IMG/VR virus record: IMGVR_UViG_3300025674_000051
Span: 1-55,456 of that record
Source of the DNA: a virus
Lineage: Duplodnaviria > Caudoviricetes
Length of the DNA: 55,456 nt
Direction: 5' to 3' (one strand)
The position numbers and the translations under genes were made by a program. Below are positions 38,901-47,800 of this stretch, in pieces. Numbering within the stretch: the first letter of the stretch is position 1; every line of letters starts with the position of its first letter. Below the pieces are notes generated by a model, which was not told the origin of the DNA, did no database searches, and saw only the letters and a list, made by a program, of their open reading frames with translations.

Positions 38901-41757
38901 GTGTTACATCGCCTTCACTACTCACATCGTTTGGATTTGGAATCGAATCTGGATCTCTAATAATGTCTGTGATGATATCAAATCTACTTTGCACAAAATC
39001 TTCAACTGCGGTAGTGATCTGTCCGTAACCTGTGATTTCTGTGTTTGAAAGAGTTGCTGCTTGCTGAATAGCCTTAATAGTTTGTAGCTCTTGACCTGAA
39101 ATTAAACTTCTAGAACTGTCTGCAATATTCGCTGTAAAATAACTCAAACCTGCGTTTCTTGAATATCTATTACCAGTGTCCCAAGTATCTTTTGCTACTG
39201 CTTCAACTATTAGTTTTGTATCACGCAAACATTTACTTTGATCATAGACAAAGTTATACCACATGCCTGCATCAATTTGTTCATTAATATATTTTGTAAC
39301 TCTTTGAGCAATATTAACTGCACCAGCTGAGTCAATTCCTAATGCATTGTTTGCATCTGCAACAAGAGCAGGTGATGGCCAAGATGTATCTGGTTCGCTT
39401 CTTACAATTTCGCCGCCGTCGTTATCAATGTGATCAACAACAACTTGTATAAGTGCTTCTGCTTGTGTGCTTGCTGCTGCACTACCTGCTGTGCCACTTG
39501 TATCTTGTGTTTCTGTGTTTCCACTTGAAACTGTGACAGTATTTTCTAATACAACATCACCTATAACATCTTTCAGTCTACCGTATGCAGCAATTGTTTC
39601 TTCTTTTTTACCTGTACCGTACTGTGCAGTTGTACCAACAAAATATTGGAATGCAGCATCTCTAGTAAGCAAGTTACCACCGTATGTTAAATCGTAGATA
39701 AGTGCATCAATGATTAAAGAAATATCTTTTTCGCATTTAGTTGCATTGTATGTAAAATCTGTTGCAAATGGTGATGTACCTGCAGCAACTTGAACTGCAA
39801 TCCATGCTGTAACTTCTTTTTTGATAAACTGTTTGTTTGCAAGCAATTGTTGCACAGCATTAGCATATCCTGCATCACTAGCATTACCTGTACCAGAACT
39901 TGGTGTTGGATATACAAATGTATCTGCAATTTCTCCAGGAACATCGTTACTACTACCATTTGTAATAATGTCAATTACTTCGTCCCATAGTGCATTTGCT
40001 CTACTAATAGCAGTTGCATCAGTAAGTGTTGCAGCGGTAAATGCCTTTGCTTGTGTAAATGATTCTACAGTTTGATCTCTTTGATCATTTATAACAGTGT
40101 CACTTGTTCCATTGTAATATTTTATTGCACTTGATATAGTTCTGTAATTACTATTAAACATGATATCATAGCGTATAGAATCTAGAATAAATCTTACATC
40201 TCTTCTACATTTTTCTTCATTGTATGTAAAGCCTGCCCATATATTGCTTGTTGCTGCGCTAACTTGACCATTAATCCAAGTAATTGTATCATTAGCAATA
40301 GCATCTCGTTTACTCAAAAGAACATCGTATGCTTCTTTATAACCCGGTTCTCTAAATCTTAAAACAAATTCTTCAACTGGTGCTGTTCTGTTTAATCCCA
40401 CCATTGTAATTGTTTGCTTGCCTTCAAATGCACCAGTACTTGTGACAAATGCACGGTCAAATTCAAACGCCTTCGGTGAATAGCCAGATGAACGCAAAGC
40501 ATATAAACCAAAGTTTGTAGCAGAGTTGGTAATCGAACAATATCCGCCTGATTGTGTATAAACACCGTTAAGTAGGAAGATTTGGAAACAGCTAACGATC
40601 TGTGCATAAGCATCGTTTAGTAGTCGCCAACCTGTACCACCAAACGAAAGCATGGTATATGCGTTAGCAACCATTGATTTACCTTGTTCAGGTATAGCAC
40701 CAATAACTGGATTCTCAGCTTCAATATTATATTGGGGCACATTGGGGCTGTTAACCAATGCACCGTCAATCTTAGCACCACTACCGCCTAAGAACGAAAT
40801 AATCGAACAGTTCTGTGTATACGGAGATGTAACAATAGTTGGTTTTGTATTTGGCAAGTTTGTATATTCAGCACGGTCGGTTACATCAGTAGCATCAGGA
40901 TCGTCAAATGTTGTAGCATAGTCCCATGTGATCAACGGAACAAAGTTAGCGTCAACACCATCTCTAAAGGTAAATTCACCAAAATAACATGCGTTTCTTA
41001 CACGCAACATGTCAAGGTTAGCATTAGCAGGACGAATAATACATCCACGCAAACCGTCACCTTTGATAACAACGTTATCTGGAACAATAATCGGGTTGTC
41101 TTCTGTGTAATCACCAACCGCAACTTTAATATTAACACGAGTATTTGTTAGTGTACCGTCTACATTATAAACAATAGCACTTGCAAGTTGACAGGCTCTC
41201 TTAACAGTTTTAACCGGAGCAGTTTGTCCATCGTTAGTGTCGTCGCCTTTTTCGGCACTAACATAGATAACATTACCACCAAACAAGTCTGAATCAACAA
41301 ATTCTAATTGTCCTGTAGCATCTGTTCTAAGTAATTGACCTTTTGTACCAGCAGTCAGAGGCAAAGTAAGATTGTAGCTAGTAGGAAGGGTATCTGGTGC
41401 TTTTAAACTAATTCCGTCTTCACCAGAAGCAGTAAGTTCTCTAAATGTAATGCTAGTTGCATTTTCCATGTCAATTGCTTCTTTAATGTTCATACCTTCG
41501 TTGGTAATTGTCATCTTTTCTGAGTCATTGACTGTAAATGAAATTTCAGCTGATGTACTGTCGCCAGCATCATCTACTTTAATTTCACTGTTATTTTCAA
41601 AAATTCTTTTTGTAATATCTTGAACTGTGTTGTCATCACGCAGTAGGAATACTTTACCGTCTGCTGTGTTAATTGCCAATTCACCTGATTCAAGTTGAGA
41701 AACTATAGGCTGTTTTCCAGCCACACTACTACGCTTGTGTCTAATCTTTGTTGCCAT
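29977..41757 (-). CDS. Giant tail fibre (3926 aa): beta-helix domain, 3 CxR/KD globin-like repeats, fibre shaft repeats and a C-terminal intramolecular chaperone (peptidase S74)
   Basis: N-terminal KIRHKRS...GELAINTADGKVF; YVSAEKGDDTNDG...PVKTVKRA; NVDGGDITT repeats; NTAxG repeats; DTxDGIDS..F.RSDADD twice; C-terminal SDERLKTNI...GVLAQQV...V.YEKMVPLLIEAIKE. Confidence 0.9.
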   Translation of the reverse strand: MATKIRHKRSSVAGKQPIVSQLESGELAINTADGKVFLLRDDNTVQDITKRIFENNSEIKVDDAGDSTSAEISFTVNDSEKMTITNEGMNIKEAIDMENATSITFRELTASGEDGISLKAPDTLPTSYNLTLPLTAGTKGQLLRTDATGQLEFVDSDLFGGNVIYVSAEKGDDTNDGQTAPVKTVKRACQLASAIVYNVDGTLTNTRVNIKVAVGDYTEDNPIIVPDNVVIKGDGLRGCIIRPANANLDMLRVRNACYFGEFTFRDGVDANFVPLITWDYATTFDDPDATDVTDRAEYTNLPNTKPTIVTSPYTQNCSIISFLGGSGAKIDGALVNSPNVPQYNIEAENPVIGAIPEQGKSMVANAYTMLSFGGTGWRLLNDAYAQIVSCFQIFLLNGVYTQSGGYCSITNSATNFGLYALRSSGYSPKAFEFDRAFVTSTGAFEGKQTITMVGLNRTAPVEEFVLRFREPGYKEAYDVLLSKRDAIANDTITWINGQVSAATSNIWAGFTYNEEKCRRDVRFILDSIRYDIMFNSNYRTISSAIKYYNGTSDTVINDQRDQTVESFTQAKAFTAATLTDATAISRANALWDEVIDIITNGSSNDVPGEIADTFVYPTPSSGTGNASDAGYANAVQQLLANKQFIKKEVTAWIAVQVAAGTSPFATDFTYNATKCEKDISLIIDALIYDLTYGGNLLTRDAAFQYFVGTTAQYGTGKKEETIAAYGRLKDVIGDVVLENTVTVSSGNTETQDTSGTAGSAAASTQAEALIQVVVDHIDNDGGEIVRSEPDTSWPSPALVADANNALGIDSAGAVNIAQRVTKYINEQIDAGMWYNFVYDQSKCLRDTKLIVEAVAKDTWDTGNRYSRNAGLSYFTANIADSSRSLISGQELQTIKAIQQAATLSNTEITGYGQITTAVEDFVQSRFDIITDIIRDPDSIPNPNDVSSEGDVTLDFIPTPDETTFDAATALNVTTGIFTITGHGFTNLQKVIYDNNGNTTIGGLNNEQTYYIKLIDENEFTLTNDDSGEFDATIFSNFSNTGTHKFLANIIEFFVEEVTASHTTYQKLILESGAESYNFVPGRAIQGTTGASNNSAIVSKWVPAERELTVSIEQVTVGSSVLRIQFDATSTITEDHSDTPNTSIGINEVSAVTNRSTATFSITATDGSSSITNLVNLPEKQLWFHRPSIVNSSAHTWEYAGSGTDYNALPQNGGNTREEYEQFEELPGRCYSSGTNELGDFKVGDFITAFNRTGNITFRNKVQVDELDALKLSVSDVAIEEISTDVNLGDNEIGGAKDTRISTQLAVRSFLSNRLGGFIDKTVSSAAVPGAIVQLNVNGQLNADLIPATRQFTNTNTKGYQSRLNQVEDIPAVDLKAGDIGTEEYEQVELTLSGTVSASDGDTITQPGVTGAIGYAKGDFLNSLNILVTTQGEAWDKTDDSTGDPWEVSAGNIFINGVDSGENIASKGLSSEIIDNYFLRSSNSSQFLILDSDDTYTFTSATVTNVARSGNIATITTSGAHNLNVDNNVNVIVSGDETYNQNGLVLSVPSATTFTITNTGDNESTKAVSGTARTIVTSADGNAQGAVTETREGIAVSVDNANITGGSLYTPTTGSLIYENISLTSISGSGTGAKANITVTAGAVTDVDLTRGGTGYVAGDLLGANTSDIGGTGSGFQIEISAIEDRAYVNILGGELFVASSSSIDFVEDNTAVQNANDINFDDTISHNFLAGSDGAGGAVDYTDSRIAITAHGFSNGDPVTYDTLANVAIGGLLNNQVYYVKVVDNDNIELYDDFNLGTQITFLTTPANNNHNITRFTVNLTDNSMVVANHGFTTGDAIRMVSLDDGSTSNVLPDVNGVEIASGSRFFVGSVTTNSFTIHALRSDALSSINGLVTNARNIDANGVGSARIIRNNVQVNAIVNTSSRLKANWNTLAVTNIDAENIISGTISPSRLAASGVANSESALFGDSSYKNVVQTIKVAATTDNPITLTGLNTAGEYYGDPVNIGIANTDLNVGGTFSTLGVSKFLQTQFDVNSDGSGEVFIKDGVIDAGTLDSLDSAYFLNPNNLTSLVPVSRGGTNIGTYAIGDLIYAQSAGSLNTLNIGRANTFLKSNGTTPEWGTALDLAEGLDVGSAKLSSSSDALGQVYNNNVTTLELGGDAENVKIGKSSDSRAITSFALDYEATASRDVVVNLASINVDTSDATGNGEAALVFSDTTGIKYGMIVTGSGSIPANTTVTGVTDTEVFISANTTGTVLTSTTLTFTYTPETLGVRVGDTIIISGSNVTNLDGTWPVSGATADATSFTIRTDNLVTAANVVVQGTISKDNTMVIRNRDVVFGSAVTGASPVSAVIKGESGLGTNIGGGDITIQGGISTGNATSGSVIIKTGEVGTSGAVAQTSTTRLTIDTNGKAAFTGEVEVNDTISTTETTVGLLDDTATTINMGGDATTVEIGAATGTTTVHNNVDIDLDLNVDGGDITTNATTFNIVNANATTVNIGGDATTVSIGAATGTTTVNNDLTVSGDLTVNGTTTTINTTELSVDDKNIELGAVASPTDTTADGGGITLKGATDKTIIWVNSTDSWTSSENFELASGKQFRIDGNDILSSTTIGVTVVNSSLQQLGTINTGVWQGTTIDPTYGGTGVNNGSKTITLGGNFTHTGAHTLGLTTTGNTSVTLPTSGTLARTETGLNQFASTTSAQLAGVLSDETGTGVFVLSTSPEFTTGIEAASTTMALFDDTATTINFGGAATAIDIGATTGTTSVNNNLDIDLDLNVDGGDITTNQTTFNLLNTNATTINAFGNATALDLGATTGTTSINNDLDVDGDLNVDGGDITTNTATSNIMNANATTINFGGGASAINIGAATSSVNFADDIDVTGNVTIDGTLTIPAIDGVPIGGTTPSTGAFTTLTASGLTTVTNTTSATSTGTGAVVITGGLGVGGAVYADNFNGSIAASNIDSGTLDDARIAVSNVTQHQLSITGTGALNAGSITSGFGNINIGTSTFTGNGSGLTDLNASQLTTGTVQGARLGGNQTMAGVKTFSDTSDASNSTSGAVRVGGGLGVTKKIYTGDGFYGNGANITALNATQLTSGTVPDGRLPTSQAGKTFTSDITVNGHRIGRGNQGEATNLVFGEGGSIGSGAQFNTGIGDATFAGGLTGDRNTALGYNALNAVTTVSNNTAVGANTMEQRTNAGEGNTAVGKSSQSNSTAGNYNTSVGIEALELVTGDNNTVIGAFSGDTLTTGSNNILIGYNVETDANTTSNQMVIGNSSNNSLKIPGVNLTVSTTTFNFTGTTGYSGVGTNLTALNASNLSSGTVPDGRIAASSVTQHQGSITGTGALNSGSITSGFGNIDIGSSNLTATGTVSLGATSFNNNNITGVTDLTLDDQIISKDDVDTYLQFHAADQWRVVTGGGERLEVNNTTTTVQNNLSVTGTITGDGASVTNLNATNLASGTVANARIDGTYSNLTGTGALDAGSITSNFGDINIGTSTFTGNGSGLTNVSADTLDGIDSLSFLRSDADDTATGQITFQKDGEVFKIVAPTTTNSPYIGWYQGATRRAYMQFVNGGTLRLASDQHGSRVDIGNGTNGLTYTDGTTWTVWHSGNTGSGSGLDADTIDGIDSGSFIRSDADDTASATYDYTSTSDDIIDFTGNSTSDNRGIAFNNRTALSADYNDGYLRLNNASEFTNGVYTPGNLRVDGVTYVDATRGITNVTGDYGTIQTSGSGINGYEGYSIDGRIVLMHDGGSNTYLYNDVDNEAHFLTVRNSYFRLYYNGSTRLTCNNTTVDVAASFTATGEVTAYSSDERLKTNIRPIENALDKVKQLQGVHYDWIDEVEELGFNPSIKVNDAGVLAQQVQKVLPQAVTYAPFDRKYDEQSGDDIGSKSGEDYLTVKYEKMVPLLIEAIKEQQEEIDQLKQMVKDLLNK
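38950..40300 (-). repeat. 3 globin-sized CxR/KD repeats (boundaries approximate)
   Basis: CRRD 40198-40209, CEKD 39724-39735, CLRD 39220-39231. Confidence 0.85.
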
Positions 41758-41830
41758 TAAGGCTGCCTCCTATTTAGGTACGGGTCAAGTTAAAAACGCC
41801 CAAACTACACGATAGAAATCGTTGTATAGT

Positions 41831-41838
41831 TATTTATC
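41831..41838 (-). promoter_or_regulatory. Late promoter GATAAATA for the giant fibre gene
   Basis: Intergenic match followed by a ~70-nt leader with SD AGGAGG. Confidence 0.7.
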
Positions 41839-41857
41839 ACAGGAGTAAAATGGCGGC

Positions 41858-44800
41858 TTAGAACTCGCCGCCATCTATGGTATCTGTCCAAATTGGTGTG
41901 TCATCGCCTGAATCTGTGACAGTTAGTATTTGGAACGATGTGCTAATATCGCTGCTGCCTGCTGCATCAGTAACTAGTAGTTGATTAGATCCATTACCGT
42001 ATACAATACCATTTGTAACAAAATTACTGCGTCCAGTACCACCATACTGTACTTCTAAGTCAGTTGTAAGTGTTAGTGTTCCCACTTCTGCATTTGTAAC
42101 AGTAATTTTGTTGTTAATACTATCGATGATCTCTGTACTATCATCTGCAAAAACACTTCCTCTAAATCCAGATGCATCCAAAATACCAGTTACAGTTAAG
42201 TCTTCGTCAACCTGTAAGCTAGTTTTAACAGTTGCTAATGTTTCACTTAATCTAAATTTTTCAGTAACAGCACCTGCAGACATTGTGCTAAACACCATGT
42301 CAAAGTCTTCTTGTGTACCTGTTATATCTTGTACAATACTATCAATTTGTCCACCTGTTTCAAAGTTGGCATTTGTTGTTTCAACTTCAAATTTCATACC
42401 AACACCAACACCTGCAACTGGTGTACCGCTTACACTATGATGAGCCAGTGTTACTGGATACACAATGTCATCTGCTGCACTATCTGGTGCATTTGAAACA
42501 ATTTTGAAATCATCAGGTGTTTCGATTGTGCCTGCTTTAATCAATAACTTATCAGTGTACAAATCTGTTAATTGCAGTGTTCCAGTTGTATCACCACCAA
42601 TAAATCCTTGTACAAATACATTTTCAGCAACACCTACACCACCTGCAATTGTTAGTGCACCTGTGTCGAATCTGTAACTAGTGCTGGTGTTTGCAATATC
42701 AACTTGTACTGTAGAATCAATATCTAAATCAGTGTTTGTTAACAGCATTCTTTGAGTGCCATTTGTGAAGAATTCTAATTGATCTTCATCCGAACCTGGT
42801 GTTGTTTCAGGTCTTATAAATGTGTCTTGGTCAACATCTTTTACGCCACCTAGTGATCCCCAGTTACTGCCATCGTATCCTTCAAACAAATTATCTTCAG
42901 AATTGAAGCGTATTTGACCAGTTGCTGCTGCTGTTCTTTCAGCAGTAGTACCAACTGGCAATTGAATGCTTGCAGTACTGTCAAAAATGAATATTTCATT
43001 GTTGAATGTGATTGTACCAGTACTTGCACCTATTGTAATATTATCAGCTGCACCAAATGCTTCAATAGTTTGAATGTTTTCATTTAACAATGTAAATGTA
43101 CCACTATCAACTCTTGTGCTAATACTTGTGCCGTTAACTTCAAGATTGTTTTCAGCAATAATATTTCGTTGTGCAGTGATATCCAATCCTGCAAACAGTG
43201 ATTTTTCTAAGCCAATACCGCCTACAACTTGCAATGCACCTTCTGTAGGAGCAGTTGCTTCTGATGTGTTTGCAATGCTTACAAACGGAGTCCCACCAAT
43301 TGCAATCTCTTCACTGCCGTTAGTTGTTTTGACATTCAAGTAAGGAGATGATGCTTGTCTAATTGTAAAAGATTCTGCTGTATTATCAGGAATATTAAAG
43401 TCTGCATCACCTGAAACATTTAATGTATCTAGTACAGCATCGTCACCAAATGTTAGTGAACCGTCAACTTGCATGTCTCCTGTAACAAAAACATTGCCGT
43501 CAATACCCACACCACCTGATACAACCAAGGCACCTGTTGTTGCACTTGTTGATTCAGTGGTATTTTGAATTTTTACCACTGGATTTGCACCAAACAGCAC
43601 TTCTTCTGTGCCGTCAGTTGTATTCAATTTAAAATAACTGTTTGCACCTTCTAGTATTTCAAATGCACCTGTAGTAGAATCATATACATTGTATGTTGCA
43701 TTTGCATTGACTGTAAGTGTGTCTACAACACTATCATTTGTACCAATAGTAACACTACCGTCAACATCAAGAGCTCCATTAATTAATGTGTCATTATAAA
43801 CTCTTAAATCACCTCTTACATTGAGATTTTTCTCAATGCCCATACCGCCTTCTATCACCAGTAAACCGCTATCTGGGCTGTTTGATTGAGTAGTGCCTTC
43901 AAATGTTATACTTGTTATAGTATCGTCTAAACGGAATGCTGTTGTGCTTAGATTCATTCTTTCTAAGCCATCAGTAACAAAACTTAGTTCATTTTCGTTT
44001 GAACCTGGAGAGCTTTCTGCTTCGATGTATGTGTTACCATCAACATCTCTAACACCGCCTAGTGTGTTCCAAGCAATACCATCGTAGCCTTCAAAAATAC
44101 CCAAGTCTGTGTTGAAGCGAATATAACCTTCTTCTGGTACACTTCCTCTTTCACCTGTTGTACCGGTTGGTATTTTCATATTATAGCTACTAGTAAATCT
44201 AATGTAATCATTGTTAACAATAAAGTTACCAGGTACAATACCCGAACTACCAAGTTGAATTTCTGTAGCATCACCGAACGCATTAACTGTTCCGGCAGTG
44301 TCATTAAACAAGCTCAAGTTTGCACTATTAGTGCTAACAATACTACCTTCAAAGAAAATATCTCCGCCGACGTTTAAGTTTTTACCAACACCTAAACCGC
44401 CGCCTACAACTAAAGAACCGTTGGTTTTATCTGTACTTTGTGATGTATTTAGAATTCTTATAACAGGCACATTACCAAATGCAACTGTTTCTTGTGCATC
44501 TCTAGTATCTATAGTAATGTAATCTTCAGTGTTCATTGTAATGTTGAACGCTTGTTGTAACTCGTCAGGTATAGTAATATCAACATCACCAACAATAGTT
44601 GTATTTCCACCTATATCTAGTGATCCTCCAACTATAACATCATGCCTAATTTCTGTGGTGCCCACTCCGTTAGCACCAATCGTTATAGAAGTTGCGCCGC
44701 CTGCAAAGTTTACAAAACTCGCATTGTCGTTGACAAGATTAACTATAGTAGATGTAGTGGTAATGTCGCCGCCGTCTACTGCAATATCCTGTTCAAATAC

Positions 44801-47800
44801 AACATCAGCTTCAACAGTTCCGCCTGTTAGCTTATTTAAATACCTATTTGTCAAGTAGTTTACAACTGCTGTTTGAGTTGGAACAGTATTTTGGTCTGCT
44901 GCACCTGTGCTTGCTGTTAGGTCACTGTTGTTACTAACTTCTTTAAGTTCCACACCTACAGGAATATTAAATCGTCTGAATGGTCCAATGGCAGCAATAC
45001 CTGATAGATTGATTTCTTCAGCGTTAAGTGTAATAGATCCTGTAAGTGCATTAACATTAAAATAGTTACCAACTTTAAAGTTACCAATTTGGTCAACAGT
45101 ACCGCCGGCAAAAACTTTACCATTATTAGTTTCAACAAACTCGTTTGCTGCTATAGGAGATCCACCAAAGAATGGAAGAGCATTATATGTAATACCTGCG
45201 CCTACATATTCAAATGCATGACCCGAAGTACTAACTGTACTTACTCGTTGCATACTGCCAAGAGTACCCTCTTGTACAGCCACTATACCTGGGAATAATG
45301 TAAGGTCTGCAACTCCACCGTATTGTGCATTTAACAATCTAATACTTTCGTCTTCGATAGCTTGTAAGTCATTAAGTATAGTTGTTCTTTGTGTTTTTAC
45401 AAGAGATGTAAGTCCTAAGTTGTCATAGTCGTGGTCAATTTCATATGGAAGATATGTAGTGCCGCCTAGTAGTATAACATCAGCAATCTTGTTTACCATA
45501 TTATTTGCATATGCTCCAGAAGTTGCACTTCCTCCTATTGTTCCATAAGTTTGCGTTTCAGTTGTACCAGATGATGCTGTAACTTTTAGGTTTTGAGCAA
45601 CACTTTCTAACACTTCACCTAGGTGTCTGTAAGATAGTTCTGTTATCGATTCTTGTCCTGCAATGACTGCATTACTGTAATAGGCTTCTGCTGCTCTACG
45701 TGTTTGCTTGTTACCGCCAAAGAGTGTATCATAAACTGCTGCATCTACTATGTATGCAGTATCTCTTTCACATTTTTCAACATTGTAGCTAAAAGAAATA
45801 ATATTATCGGTAATAAACGTAATAGTGTCTGATTTTATATTTTCAATATTATTTTCTAAACTATTACATACTTCATTTAATCCAAATTCGATCCAATCTG
45901 TATCTGGATTGCTATTTGATGGAGTAGTTTCTAAACCTGTTGAATCGCTAATAGCAGTAATAACAATATCAAATAATGCTCCTACTTCTTCACTTTCTGC
46001 AGATGAACCATATAATCCTGTTAGGTTTTGTGGTTCAGGATTTCCTGTTTCAGGAACAACTGCTGCACCTTGTACGACTTGTATTGCTACATCACGTAGA
46101 TGTTCAAGTGCATCTTGAGTTTCTCCTGTTTGTCCATATATTTGTATTACTCCATCGTCAAAGTAAGATCTAGTGGCTATTAGTACACTTCTGTTGCCTA
46201 AATAAAGAACATCGTGAGTAACAGCATCAATCAAATATCCTGTATCTCTTCTGCACTTTTCTTCACTATAACTGAACCCATTTAGTACTGTGTTGATGTA
46301 GTTAATGTTATCGTCTAATATTGCAGTTCTGTTAGTTTCTATTAAGGTTTTGCTTGTTAAAAGATTAGAAGTATTCCATGTATCGTCTAATGCTTCGTCG
46401 GCTGGCAATAACTCTAAAGTATTTGCTTTTACTACATCTCTAATAATATTAGCAAGTTCTGTTGATTTATTTGCTTCTTCACTTGATACAAGTCCAGCAG
46501 ATGTATCTTGCCCCGAGTATGCTTCAAGTAAAACATCATATGTGATAAGACCAAGTTGTTCCATAGCATTGCCTGTAGCAGTCCTTTGGTCTGCTGGAAG
46601 TTGACTTGTAGTACCAACAAAATATGCTTTTGCTGCTTCTTTTGTTGCAAGATTTGTGTTATAGTTTAGGTCATGACTTATAGCATCGATAATATAACCT
46701 AGGTCTCTACGGCATGTAGCTTCATTATATACCAATGTTGGTTCATTAGCTCTAATCCATAATATAACTTCATCTTCAATAAGTTTTCTATTGTTTTGTA
46801 CTTGTATTCTAGCATTTGTATGATCAATATTATTACCAGTTGATGTCCATGTTAATGCATCAGCATTTGCAGATCCATTGGTTAAAATATCTATTACTTC
46901 ATCAAATGCTGCACTTACTGCTGTGATACTCGGACTGTCTGATAATACAGCTAATGTTTGTGTTTTTAATCTTGTAACTGCGGCTATAGTTTCCACCAAC
47001 TGATCCGAAATAACAACACTTGATTGAGCTCTACGATATGATAACCCATTTAATACAGCCCAATAGTTTGTTCCTAATGTAAGATCTTTTATTATACCAT
47101 CTAAAATTAATCCACTATCTCTTCTGCATTTTTCGCTGTCATAGATAAAATATTGGTTGTTAATATGTAATACTGTTTCTTCTATTAAAAAGTTTTTATT
47201 ATCTTGTAAAAGTCTTGCTGTATCTATTCTTTCTTGACTTGCAGGAGTTGGTGACGGATAAGTTGTACCTTCGCTAGGTTCAACATCGTATTCTACAATG
47301 TTAAAAAAGTTTTCAAAACCTTCTGTTATACGAGTTGTAGCTGTAGCATTTGTAGTAACATATGACAATGCAGTATCTCTAACATATCTCATTGCCATTA
47401 TAGTTGCAGGGTTTTGATTTACATTAAAGTAGTTTGCTGTTGCTCTTTTGTATGCTTGAGCAGCAACTATCATATTATGATTAGTTCCTAATCTTGCATC
47501 TCTTAAAACAGCTTCTAATATTAACTCAACATCTCTTTGACACTTATCTTGGTCGTAAGTAAAAGCTGGATAGTTTGCAAGAACAAAATCTGTTGTTTCT
47601 CTACCTAATGATTGTCTTGAACCATATACTGTTATACCTGCAACTTCTACATCATTTGATGCCCAAGTTAAATCTGGTAACACTTGAGTTTCAAGATTGT
47701 CTAGATCTCCATCATTAAGAACATCTATTATTATTTGCACTAAAACGGAAGCTAAGTTTGCTTGTGTACCTGATGCTGGAGCACCAGTAGTATCTTGAGT

